NCBI GenBank assembly: GCA_000092065.1
Contig: CP000584.1
Strand: one strand, 5' to 3'
Origin: Ostreococcus lucimarinus
Lineage: Eukaryota
Length of the DNA stretch: 64,000 bases
Shown: piece by piece, positions 48,409 to 57,600 of the stretch
Layout of the letters: every line of letters starts with the position of its first letter
Numbering within the stretch: position 1 is the stretch's first letter
Notes under the pieces: generated by a model
The model's database searches: none
What the model was told of the DNA's origin: nothing
What the model saw: the letters and a program-made list of their open reading frames with translations, nothing else
Program-made: the position numbers and the translations under genes

Positions 48409-50307
48409 ATGCGCGCGCCCCTCGCGCTCTCCCTCGCGCTCCTCGCGCTCGTCGCCGCGCGCGTCGACGCCGCGTCGTCGGATCGCGCCGCGCCGACCGC
48501 GCTCCCGACGGCGACGCTCGATGATTTACTCCGCGCCCGCGCCGACGACGTCGTTCGATCGGCGTTCATCGGCGCGAACGCCCCGGGAGCGATGGTCGTG
48601 CGCGAGATCGGCGCGACGTACGCCGAGGCGCGACGACGAGGGCTGGACGCGTTCGCGGCGTGCGCGAGACGAAGCGGCGGACGAGGGAAGACGCTCGGAC
48701 GAAGCGAGGGATGGGAAAAGGCGCACGATGGCGCCGTGCGAACGACGATCGCGAGCTTGGCGAAGGAAAGGCTGAAAATGGACGTCGATGACGATTGCGG
48801 GGGGTCGGCGGTGATGCGGGGAGACTTGGAGATTGTTCGAGACGGGGCGGACGCGGCGGCGCGCGCGGCGCTGGGGCGGTTGGACGCGGCGTTTCATAAC
48901 GCCACGCGCGGGTTCTTCGAGCGGAGCGCGCGATCAGATATGAGTTTGGATAACTTTCACGCGTACGGGGCGCCGAACGTCGGGCGCGCGGAGGGTGAGA
49001 TTGAGGAGGAATTGGATGTCGAAGGGAAGCACGCGCACACGGACGTCGGCGTCGCAATCGTGATGACGCCCGCGTTGCTTCGCGGGGAGAAACCCGGGAC
49101 GGGCGGATCTAGAGGCTTATTTATCGGTGATATCGAACCGGACGTGCCGGACGACGGGATGATCGTCATGTTAGGCGAGGCTGCGCGGGCGTGGGTGCCG
49201 GGATTGAGCGCGGAGTTGCGAAGTTTGATTAAAGTGCCCACGCACACGATGCGCCTCACGGGCGAGCGTGCGTGGTTCGGTAGAATGGTTCTTCCGGAAT
49301 CCTCGCTCGCGCATCCTGAGGGTGAAATGACTTTTGGCGCCTGGCACGCCGGCGCGATCGAAGCGGCGATGGAATCGAATGACAGAGCGGAGAACGAGCG
49401 TTGGGCCGCCGTCGCGTGCCCGTCGCCGGCGGTGGACGAGTCCGGTTTGGCCACGTCGCGCAGACGTATTCTATCCGATGACAACACGTGCCCGGCGGGC
49501 AAAATTTATTGTTGGCTCACGTGCGTCGACGCCCCCGCGGCGTGCGCAGATACGAGTAGCGCCAGCCATGCGGTGTGCATCGACACCGCGACTGGGAACC
49601 CGTGGGTGAACGCGGCGGGCAATCACTGTGGCACGTGCGCGGCGCAGTGCCCTGGGTCAAATATCACCGCACCGACGGGAATGTGTAACACGCGCATTGC
49701 GCCGACGACGATGTACATGGATGGCTTCAAGCTCAACGGCGGCGGCGCTTCGCAGCCCTGCGTGGCGCTTTTGTTCAAAAGCTGGTCATTGCACACCCCC
49801 GCGTTGCTCGCGCTCGGCTTCTTCGCCACCGTCGCGATGGGGATGTCCATCGAGGCCTTAGCGTCACTTCGACGCAACTTACAAAATCCCGGCTTCTGCA
49901 ACTGCCACAACATCCCCACCTCCAAATCGCGCGCGTACGCCGTCGCGCTGTACGCCGTACAAATCACCCTCGGTTATCTCTTAATGCTCGTCTCCATGAC
50001 GTACCATTTCGTCCTCTTCTCCGCCGTCATCGTCGGTCTCCTCATCGGCCACATCGTCTTCGGCGCCAAAGCCCCAGTCGCCGCCAACACCACCGCGTGC
50101 TGTTCTTTCGCCTCTCCCAGCGACAAGCAAGACTGTCCCGGCTGCGCGCCGACGCCCGGCGTCGACGCCGACCCGCTCCCTTCGTGTTGCGCCGCGCGCG
50201 CCGCCGAGTCGCGCGGCTCGCCCGCGAGTTCCGACAGCGGCGACGCCCTTCGCGCGCCCTTGACTCGTCTCCGCCGCGTCCTCACGGGCGTCGCCAGCAA
50301 CGTGTAA
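48409..50307 (+). CDS. CTR/COPT-family copper transporter with a signal peptide and a ~430-aa Cys-rich N-terminal ectodomain.
   Basis: Signal peptide MRAPLALSLALLALVAARVDAAS. C-terminal CTR core (MYMDGFKLNGG...; LGYLLMLVSMTYHFVLFSAVIVGLLIGHIVFG with the MxxxM-like and GxxxG hallmarks). The ectodomain contains CxxC/Cys clusters (CWLTCVDAPAACADTSSASHAVCIDTATGNPWVNAAGNHCGTCAAQCPG). Confidence 0.75.
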   Translation: MRAPLALSLALLALVAARVDAASSDRAAPTALPTATLDDLLRARADDVVRSAFIGANAPGAMVVREIGATYAEARRRGLDAFAACARRSGGRGKTLGRSEGWEKAHDGAVRTTIASLAKERLKMDVDDDCGGSAVMRGDLEIVRDGADAAARAALGRLDAAFHNATRGFFERSARSDMSLDNFHAYGAPNVGRAEGEIEEELDVEGKHAHTDVGVAIVMTPALLRGEKPGTGGSRGLFIGDIEPDVPDDGMIVMLGEAARAWVPGLSAELRSLIKVPTHTMRLTGERAWFGRMVLPESSLAHPEGEMTFGAWHAGAIEAAMESNDRAENERWAAVACPSPAVDESGLATSRRRILSDDNTCPAGKIYCWLTCVDAPAACADTSSASHAVCIDTATGNPWVNAAGNHCGTCAAQCPGSNITAPTGMCNTRIAPTTMYMDGFKLNGGGASQPCVALLFKSWSLHTPALLALGFFATVAMGMSIEALASLRRNLQNPGFCNCHNIPTSKSRAYAVALYAVQITLGYLLMLVSMTYHFVLFSAVIVGLLIGHIVFGAKAPVAANTTACCSFASPSDKQDCPGCAPTPGVDADPLPSCCAARAAESRGSPASSDSGDALRAPLTRLRRVLTGVASNV

Positions 50308-50773
50308 TTCGACCCTCTCTCGAGCGCGCGCGCCGAAAAAAACGCACCACCCTCAACGCGCTAGGTCAGCGCCGGTCGCCAATCGTCACTCCTCGGCGCG
50401 CGCTCGCGGGCCTCTCGGCCGTCGACGCGCTCGTCGCGCGCGCGGGCGGCGCGTGGGCGGCGGCGACGTCATGACCGACGTGTTCCCGCGCGCGCACGAC
50501 GCGCGCGGGAGCGAAAACGACGAGGTGCGACGCGGCGAGAGACGCGCGACGCGTGCGCGATGGCGATGGGAAAACGCGTCACGACGACGTTCGCGAGCGG
50601 TGAAGGGCGCGAAATGCGCGCGAACGCGCGGAAAACGCGCGAAAACGAAGAAGGGGGGACTCTCGCGCGATGCGCGCGCGACGGGGAGGCGGCGAGGCCG
50701 GCGCGCGGGCGCGACGTGGATTTTGAGTGAATGCGCGGACTGACGAACGCGCGCGAGCGAACAGGCGCCGGCG

Positions 50774-52417
50774 ATGCCGATGCCGAAGAGACGGATTCAA
50801 GCGCGCTACCGACGATCTGGCGCGTCTTTTTCGGTGCAAGATCGTGATTTAGTCGCGGCGCTGGAGAATATTAAGAATACGCGCGCGACCGCGTCGTACG
50901 GGAACGCGAACGCGTACTCGAGCGCGACGGCGAGCGGCGTGCACGCGGACGTGCCGACGGCGCTCGGGGTGTACGTCAAGGGCTTGGCGCATACCGTCGG
51001 GTTTAAGGATTCGCTGCAGAATGAACCGGATGCTGAAGAAGTGCCGGTGCCGGAGCAGCCGAAGACGCTGACGCTCGAGCACGTGTACGACGCGTTCACG
51101 GTGGAGACCATCCCGTCGCGAAGGCTGGTCGACGTGCACGCGCGCGCCGCGGAGCTCGTCGAAAAGCATTCTCTCGAGGAAAACTTTTGCATCGTCGACT
51201 TGGCCACGGTGAAGGCGCTTTACGATTACCACAAAGCGAAGCTTCCGCGTGTGCGGCCGCATTTCGCCGTCAAGTGCTTGCCCGACCGCGGCATCATCTC
51301 CACCCTCGCCGCGTTGGGCGCCGGTTTCGACTGCGCGTCTCAAGGCGAAGTTGAGTTGGTTACTGGTCTCGGTGTGCCTTCTGAACGCATTATCCTCGCA
51401 CACCCCGTGAAGCGGCCGTGCGATTTGCGCTGCATCGCCGAGTACGAGGTGCCGTACACCACCTTTGACTCTGTGTCCGAGTTGCACAAGATTCTCGCGT
51501 CCAAGGTCAAGGTGAAGCTCATCTTGCGAATTCGCGCTGATGATCCCATGGCGCGTCTTCCGCTCGGAGCCAAGTACGGCGCGCCACTTGACAAGGTCTC
51601 AGAGCTTCTTTCTGTCGCCGCGTTGCTCAACTTGGACGTCGCCGGCGTTTCGTTTCACGTCGGTTCTTCCTCGCGCAATCCGGACGCCTACCGCAACGCC
51701 ATTCAGTTTGCGAGGAAAATCTTCGACGAAGCGAAAGAGATAGGTTTCAACATGCACCTCTTGGATATCGGCGGTGGTTTCACCGGTTCGTTCGACGCCA
51801 ACGGCAACGTCACCGAAGCGCCATCCAACTTTGATCGCGTTCGAGACGCTCTCGATGAAATTTTTCCCGACGACGGAACGTTTGAAGGTTTGCAAATCAT
51901 CGACGAGCCCGGTCGCTACTTCGCGCAAGCTCCGGTCACGATGGCGTGCCTCGTATACGGTACGCGCGAAGGGACGAACGATGCAGGTGAGCGTCACATG
52001 GATTACTACATCACCGACGGCTTGTACGGCTCGTTCAACGGCATCATCTATGACGGTCTCGACTTGCCGACGTACTTCTTGCAACCGAACAAGGTTGCCC
52101 CGCTCGCTGGAATCGATAACGATTTCGACAAGATTAAGATTTCGTCCACCGTGTACGGGCCGACCTGCGATTCGCTCGATTGCGTCATGCGAAACATTCC
52201 TCTGCCGGAGCTGTCCAACGGTGACTGGCTCATGTTCCCAGATGCCGGAGCTTACACCATGGCTGGTGCGTGCGATTTCAACGGTATCCTGTGCTCGAAA
52301 TATCTTTGCTTCTACGTGAGTAGCGAAAAGATGACGAGCACGGCGACGGAGAAAGAGCTCTCAGATTTGGTTTACGCAAACGATCGACCGGCGTGCACGC
52401 TCGTTCAAAACCGCTGA
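50774..52417 (+). CDS. ODC: Ornithine decarboxylase (PLP-dependent fold-III decarboxylase) with an ~110-aa N-terminal extension.
   Basis: FAVKCLPD (the PLP-lysine region), GFDCASQGEVELV, GGGF, and the C-terminal substrate-binding region collinear with eukaryotic ODC. Confidence 0.9.
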   Translation: MPMPKRRIQARYRRSGASFSVQDRDLVAALENIKNTRATASYGNANAYSSATASGVHADVPTALGVYVKGLAHTVGFKDSLQNEPDAEEVPVPEQPKTLTLEHVYDAFTVETIPSRRLVDVHARAAELVEKHSLEENFCIVDLATVKALYDYHKAKLPRVRPHFAVKCLPDRGIISTLAALGAGFDCASQGEVELVTGLGVPSERIILAHPVKRPCDLRCIAEYEVPYTTFDSVSELHKILASKVKVKLILRIRADDPMARLPLGAKYGAPLDKVSELLSVAALLNLDVAGVSFHVGSSSRNPDAYRNAIQFARKIFDEAKEIGFNMHLLDIGGGFTGSFDANGNVTEAPSNFDRVRDALDEIFPDDGTFEGLQIIDEPGRYFAQAPVTMACLVYGTREGTNDAGERHMDYYITDGLYGSFNGIIYDGLDLPTYFLQPNKVAPLAGIDNDFDKIKISSTVYGPTCDSLDCVMRNIPLPELSNGDWLMFPDAGAYTMAGACDFNGILCSKYLCFYVSSEKMTSTATEKELSDLVYANDRPACTLVQNR

Positions 52418-52940
52418 GCGCGGGGACTGAGCCGACCATTCAATTTCCTATGTCCAAACGACAAATTCAACACAATCAATTTTGTTCGAACAAACATAAT
52501 CCAACCTTTGCTTCTTCAGAAGCGAGTCGAGAATGACCGTGGTAGCAGTTCGTCAAGAAGACGAATGCGGACGACATCGATTCCAAGTCGAGCTTCATGG
52601 TCGAGACACATTGTCTCGGGATGCGTCCTGTACAATATTAACAACATGCGATAGATCACACACATAGATGGTGCCACACTGTAAGCTGATCCTCAATATA
52701 TCATCAACCTGACATCGTCGAAAGCGCGCCGCGTCCCGATTTGTCCCGATTCTTCTTTGCTCCAGGCGCGCGCGTGCTCGCGGCAGTCCTCGTCGTGCGA
52801 GCCGTGTCGTCGCGCGCGGACGCCGCGTTCACGAGTTCACGTCATCGCACGCGCGCGCGCGCGTTCGTTCGTCCTTCGACGTCGCGCACCGCCGCGTGTA
52901 ACGTTTCTTTAGCGCCGATTCAATCCAACAATCCTTCGCC

Positions 52941-53165
52941 ATGGCGCTGGATAATCGGTGCTTAAACCGCGTCACCACGGGCGCCGCGCTCGGCGCCGCC
53001 GTGGGCGGCGCCGTGGGGGCGTGTTACGGCACGTACGAGGCGTTCGCGTACAAGGTGCCGGGAATGCTCAAGGTGCGACACATCGGAAGGGCGACGGTGG
53101 GGTCGAGCGCGCTCTTCGGGCTCTTCCTGAGCGCCGGGTCGTTGCTGCAGTGCGGCCGACGATGA
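52941..53165 (+). CDS. ROMO1/Mgr2-family small mitochondrial inner-membrane protein (74 aa).
   Basis: Gly-zipper TM pattern CLNRVTTGAALGAAVGGAVGACYGTYEAF...GRATVGSSALFGLFLSAGSLLQC resembles ROMO1 ([26 protein letters not shown]...GTFGTFMAIGMGIRC). Confidence 0.65.
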   Translation: MALDNRCLNRVTTGAALGAAVGGAVGACYGTYEAFAYKVPGMLKVRHIGRATVGSSALFGLFLSAGSLLQCGRR

Positions 53166-53279
53166 CGCGCGCGAACGCCGAACGAGAGAACGCGTAGGGA
53201 ATTAATTAGGCACGCGCCCGAGCGAGCGGCGCGGTATGAATACAAAACTCAGAGCTTTAGCGACGCGACGTCGCCGAGG

Positions 53280-53915
53280 TCACCTCGCCGCGTCTCGAGC
53301 GGCGACTTGTCGCGCGATGAAATCGGCGTTGATCTCCCGGCACAGCGCCTCCTCGCACCCCACCGCGACTTCGATTCCGGCGTCCAGCAGCGTCTGAATC
53401 CCTCCGCCAGAGACGCGCGGATCCGGATCGATGAATCCCACGACGACGCGCGCCACGCCCGCGTCCACGAGCGCGCGCGCGCACGGCGGCGTCCGTCCGT
53501 AGTGATTACACGGTTCGAGCGTCACGTACGCCGTCGCCCCTCTCGCGAGTTCTCCCGCCGCGCGCAGCGCGAACACCTCGGCGTGCGGTTCGCCCGCTTT
53601 CGGGTGATATCCCTCGCCGACGACGACGTCCTCGCGCGCGTCCACCACGACGCACCCGACGCGCGGATTCGGAAACGTCTCCGCCGTCGTCGCCGTCGCC
53701 GCGACTTCCAGCGCGCGCCGCATGTGCGCCTCGTCTTTCGCGTCCGTCGCGGACGTCGTCGTCGGCGCGACGTCCCCGCTCGAGCTCCCGCGCCGCGCGC
53801 GTCTCGGTCGCCGCGTCGTCGCGTCGCGGCGTTTCGTCGACGCCGCGCGCCGCGCGTCGCGCGCCCCGCACGCGCGCGCGCCGACGCGCGCGCGCGCGAC
53901 CGTCGCGGTCGCCAT
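53280..53915 (-). CDS. Riboflavin-biosynthesis pyrimidine deaminase (RibD N-terminal CDA-fold deaminase domain only) with a presequence.
   Basis: HAEVFALRAAGELARGATAYVTLEPCNHYGRTPPCARAL is the zinc-binding H-x-E ... PC-x-x-C signature of RibD/PyrD deaminases. No reductase domain follows before the stop. Confidence 0.8.
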   Translation of the reverse strand: MATATVARARVGARACGARDARRAASTKRRDATTRRPRRARRGSSSGDVAPTTTSATDAKDEAHMRRALEVAATATTAETFPNPRVGCVVVDAREDVVVGEGYHPKAGEPHAEVFALRAAGELARGATAYVTLEPCNHYGRTPPCARALVDAGVARVVVGFIDPDPRVSGGGIQTLLDAGIEVAVGCEEALCREINADFIARQVAARDAAR

Positions 53916-54001
53916 CGCCGCCGTCTCGCGCCGCGCCGCGTCCTCGCGCGCGCGTCTGCGGCGGCGGCACTTCGCGACGCGACGGCGACCGCGCGACCGC
54001 G

Positions 54002-54170
54002 ATGTCCGCCGACACCGCGTCGCTCGTCGCGAACGCGCGGCAGCAGATCGCGCGCTTGCTGACGCAGCTCGCGGACCTGGAGGACGCGCGGGAGGTGCGC
54101 GCGACGGCGCGCGACGGCCGACGCGGCGACGACGGATGAATGCGTGGAACGACGATTGCGAATGGCTGAC

Positions 54171-54206
<36 letters not shown>

Positions 54207-54613
54207 AGGAGTTCGACGACGATGAGTACGCGGAGACGAAGGCGGCGACGCTGACGCAGCTGGACGCGTTCAAGACGTCGCTGCAGCGCATGACGACCGG
54301 GGACGTGACGCTCGAGGACGAGCTCGCGACGGTGAAGGCGGCGACGAAGGCGGCGATCGCGAGCGCGTTCAGGACGCCGGAGGTTTTGAAGATGTTCGCG
54401 CTGCGACAGCCGGACGAACTGCGAGAGCGGATGCAGCGAGCGGCGAGGGACGTGATGCTTGGGAAGATGAGCGCGGAGCGGGGTGAAGTGATACGGGTGG
54501 AGGCGCTGACGGCGCTGAAGAAACTGGGAAGCGAGTTGGAGGCGGAGGAATTGGAGTTTTTACGCGCGCACATGACGCGCGGGTTGACGGATTTCGTGGA
54601 CGCGGTGGAGTGA
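54002..54613 (+). CDS. LZIC: LZIC (leucine-zipper and ICAT-homologous domain) protein, two exons: join(54002..54094,54209..54613).
   Basis: Exon 1 (MSADTASLVANARQQIARLLTQLADLEDARE) plus exon 2 (EFDDDEYAETKAATLTQLDAFKTSLQRMTTGDVTLEDELATVKAATKAAIASAFRTPEVLKMFALRQPDELRERMQRAARDVMLGKM...) align collinearly with LZIC from memory ([63 protein letters not shown]...[27 protein letters not shown]...DRDLMVGKL). Confidence 0.75.
54095..54208 (+). other. 114-nt phase-0 intron of LZIC, containing a (GAC)11 microsatellite and an in-frame TGA.
   Basis: Donor GTGCGCGC immediately after the exon-1 Glu codon. A CTGACTGAC branch motif sits upstream of the (GAC)n run. Acceptor GACGCAG|GAG. Coordinates were derived from the ORF-track anchors; the exon-1 frame's TGA lies at 54137, one nt after the ATG for M139 of ORF 53722. 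Confidence 0.7.
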
Positions 54614-54676
54614 GCGGACGTAGCGCTGCGGGCGGTTGTAGTATTATATATATGTGTGGTAGCTTGCCTGGCGTGG

Positions 54677-57600
54677 TTAGGGCTGCGGGCGCGCTTGGAC
54701 GATGCAAATTTCCCCAGAGGGAAGGATGCAGCCTTCGACGTCTTGCGGGAGCGTCTCGCCGCGCGGACTCAACTCGCGCTCGAGCTCAGAGCCGATGGCG
54801 AGAAGTTTGGTGGCGATTTCGTCGCGCTTCGCGACGTCGTTGTGAAGCCAGTGGGATGCGTAATCCGCGGCGACAGATTTCATTCCGGTTGCCGAGTCGT
54901 CATCGCGGACGAGGGCGGTTCCGAACGAGGCGAACGCATTCACCGTCGCTTTGCCGGATCGCTTGTCGACGCTCACGCGGCAGGGCGATCCTCGAACCGC
55001 GCCCGACGCCAAAGTCTCGCCCAAACCGAGCGCAAACTCGACGTACGCTTCGTTATTATCATTTGTGAGCGGGTGCTTCGTGTGTAGAACGAAACTGACC
55101 TCGGGCGAGAGCATCTCTTGGACGAGGACGCACATGTGCGCCTCGAGTTGATCGACGCCGGCGGCGGCGCGAGAAGCCACGGCGCGAGTGGTGTACAGGG
55201 ACGCCCATACCTCGCCAACAGCGCGACTGAATGCGTCTTCCGAGTTCGGGTCGACATTTGGGATGGAATCGTACAAACCAGCCGCGGACATCCCCTCGAG
55301 ATCTTCAACGTTGGCGCTACTTCGAACCATGACGCGCGCATTCGGGCCAAACTTTTCAGCGACGGATTGCAGCGCGCTCGCGGACGGCTTGAGCGAACGA
55401 ACGAGGTTCTGGATGGCTTCGCACGTGTGTCGCATCCTCACTGGGTCGTCCGCGTACTGGTTGAGTTCGAGGAGCAAACTGTCGAGATGTTCGAGCTTGC
55501 TGATGCTCGCGCACGCGAATTCCATTGCGCCGAATGGAATGACGACACCGGCGGGCGCGGCGAACGCCGCCGATCCAGAAGAGTTTTCGGCGATAGTGCT
55601 CAATCGTGCGCACATAGCGGACTTCGTACCGGCGATGCGAATCGACTTTTCGAGTCCACGCTTGTCCAGCGCGACGAGATCGAACACGGTTCCCGCTCTT
55701 GAGAGATCAGTGTCGAGGCGGATCACGGGTTTCGTCGCCTGTGGCCCCGCTTCGCTTGAAGCAGCCGCAACAGACGCCGGAGCCGTCGTTGGCTCGAGCT
55801 TAATTCCAGTGGTTTCCGCACTGAGCTTCACGGCAGGTTCATTCGCCAAAGAACGCGCGTAGTCGACAAGCTTGTCGTCTTCGACGGCGATGAGGGGCAC
55901 TTTGGCTTGACGCGCGCGAAGCGCCAAATGACTGAGATGCGGCAACGCGTGACACAGCACCACGCCGCGCACGTTCGGGCCGCACGTCGACACTTCTTCA
56001 TCACCATCAGCACTAGCAACGAGCACGATTACTGGCTCGGTGAACTGCGCGCACTCTTCGGGCGTGAGCCTTTCGACGCACTTGAGCGCGCCGATAGCCT
56101 CGCCTTGCACGACGCAATCCCATCCAGCGGCGCCGGTGATTTGCCGGCTGACTCGCAGCAACAAGGAAGCGATCTTGGCGGATTGGAACACTACGCTCGC
56201 GCGAATCTGACCTTCTGTGAACACACTGATTGAGCCGTGGTCAATACCGAGCGCATTGCCGAGACTCGACGCCCGTCCATCGAATAAAGATTCCAACAGC
56301 GAACAAAAGTCGACGGCGCCGCGTCGAGCGCGTTCGGCGACGGCTTGGACGCGCAAACCGCCTTCCTCGCCCGCGGGCAAACCATTACGAGCCAGTGCTT
56401 CGGCTTCGGACGCGATTGCCTCTAGCTCGTTATCGCCTCCTGCACTCAGCGCCATGGTGCGAGAAGTCAAAGCCAGCGCCTCAAGAGTGAGTTTTACTTC
56501 GCTCGCGCTGATGTCGTTTCGCGGCGGCTCAGACTCTGCGCCGAGCGCGTTGAGCAATCGGCTCAACAACACGAACGCGTAATCTTCCATGCTCACCTCG
56601 GCCAAGCGCCACTGTTGACGCGTCGATGATTCAGCTTGACCCAAATCCCCGCCCGATTCCAAGGCGGCGGTGATGTCCGTTCGCGCGTCGTGAATAGCAC
56701 GCAAGCACGCGACGAGCGCGCTCATAGTCGTTTGATCGCCCACGCGGTCGCTCGCAGGAAGCGCATCCACGGTCGCCTTCGCAGAGAGAAACTTCTTTGA
56801 GCTATCGGCCGCACGGCCAGGGGCGCCATTTTCGTTCGCGATACGATCGATGCGATCGGCCACAGAGGAGGCGTTGAAGAATTCCTTGAGCTCGCGATAG
56901 AAAATCTTAAACTCGTTGACAAACTCTTCGGGGTAGTCGGTTCCCGGAGCGGTGAGTTTGGCGAGCATAGATTCCGTCGCAACTAGATCCTCGGGACCAG
57001 CGCAGCGATGGAGTTTGTTCTGAATCGTGTGCTTGATTTCTTGTCGAACTTCGCGACATTTCCCATGTTGATCACCCTTGCCGTGCGCGATGTCGCGAAT
57101 GCGCGTCAGCGGCACGCTTTGCGTGAACTCGGCGGTGAACGCGGGGAGTCGTGGATGCAGACGGCGAATCAACGCACGAAGCTCACGCGCGCGGTAAATA
57201 TCACCACCACTCGCAACATCGTTCGCGAAACGTTCCGCAGCCTCGATTGCGCCGTACATACGTTCAGCCGAACCGGCGTGGTGGTTTGGACGGTAGTGCG
57301 TACCGTCCTCGACGCACGCGATGGCGCCGACAGATATCCAAAATAAATACACAGTAGCGTACGCCAAAGAGTCAACGTCGGCGCCGTCATCGCAAATTAG
57401 CTTCTCAACCATTTGCAGTTTCTGTCTCCATGAAGAAGAGTCGCGATCGCCCTCGACGATACGGCGCGCGGCGTCGGCGAGATTATCCGTGTTCCACTGA
57501 AGGTTACGTTCGCCGCCGCCGCCTTTGTGCGTTTGTAATTTCACTTCTTGACCGCGCCACTGGTTCAGCGCCGCGAAACTCGTGTCTTCGGTGACTTTGA

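Noticed and set aside
52440-52720. tRNA or C/D snoRNA in the low-GC island.
   Set aside because: No cloverleaf with a GTTCGA-type T-arm could be built by eye. Candidate C/D boxes are imperfect. Left as an unverified ncRNA possibility only.
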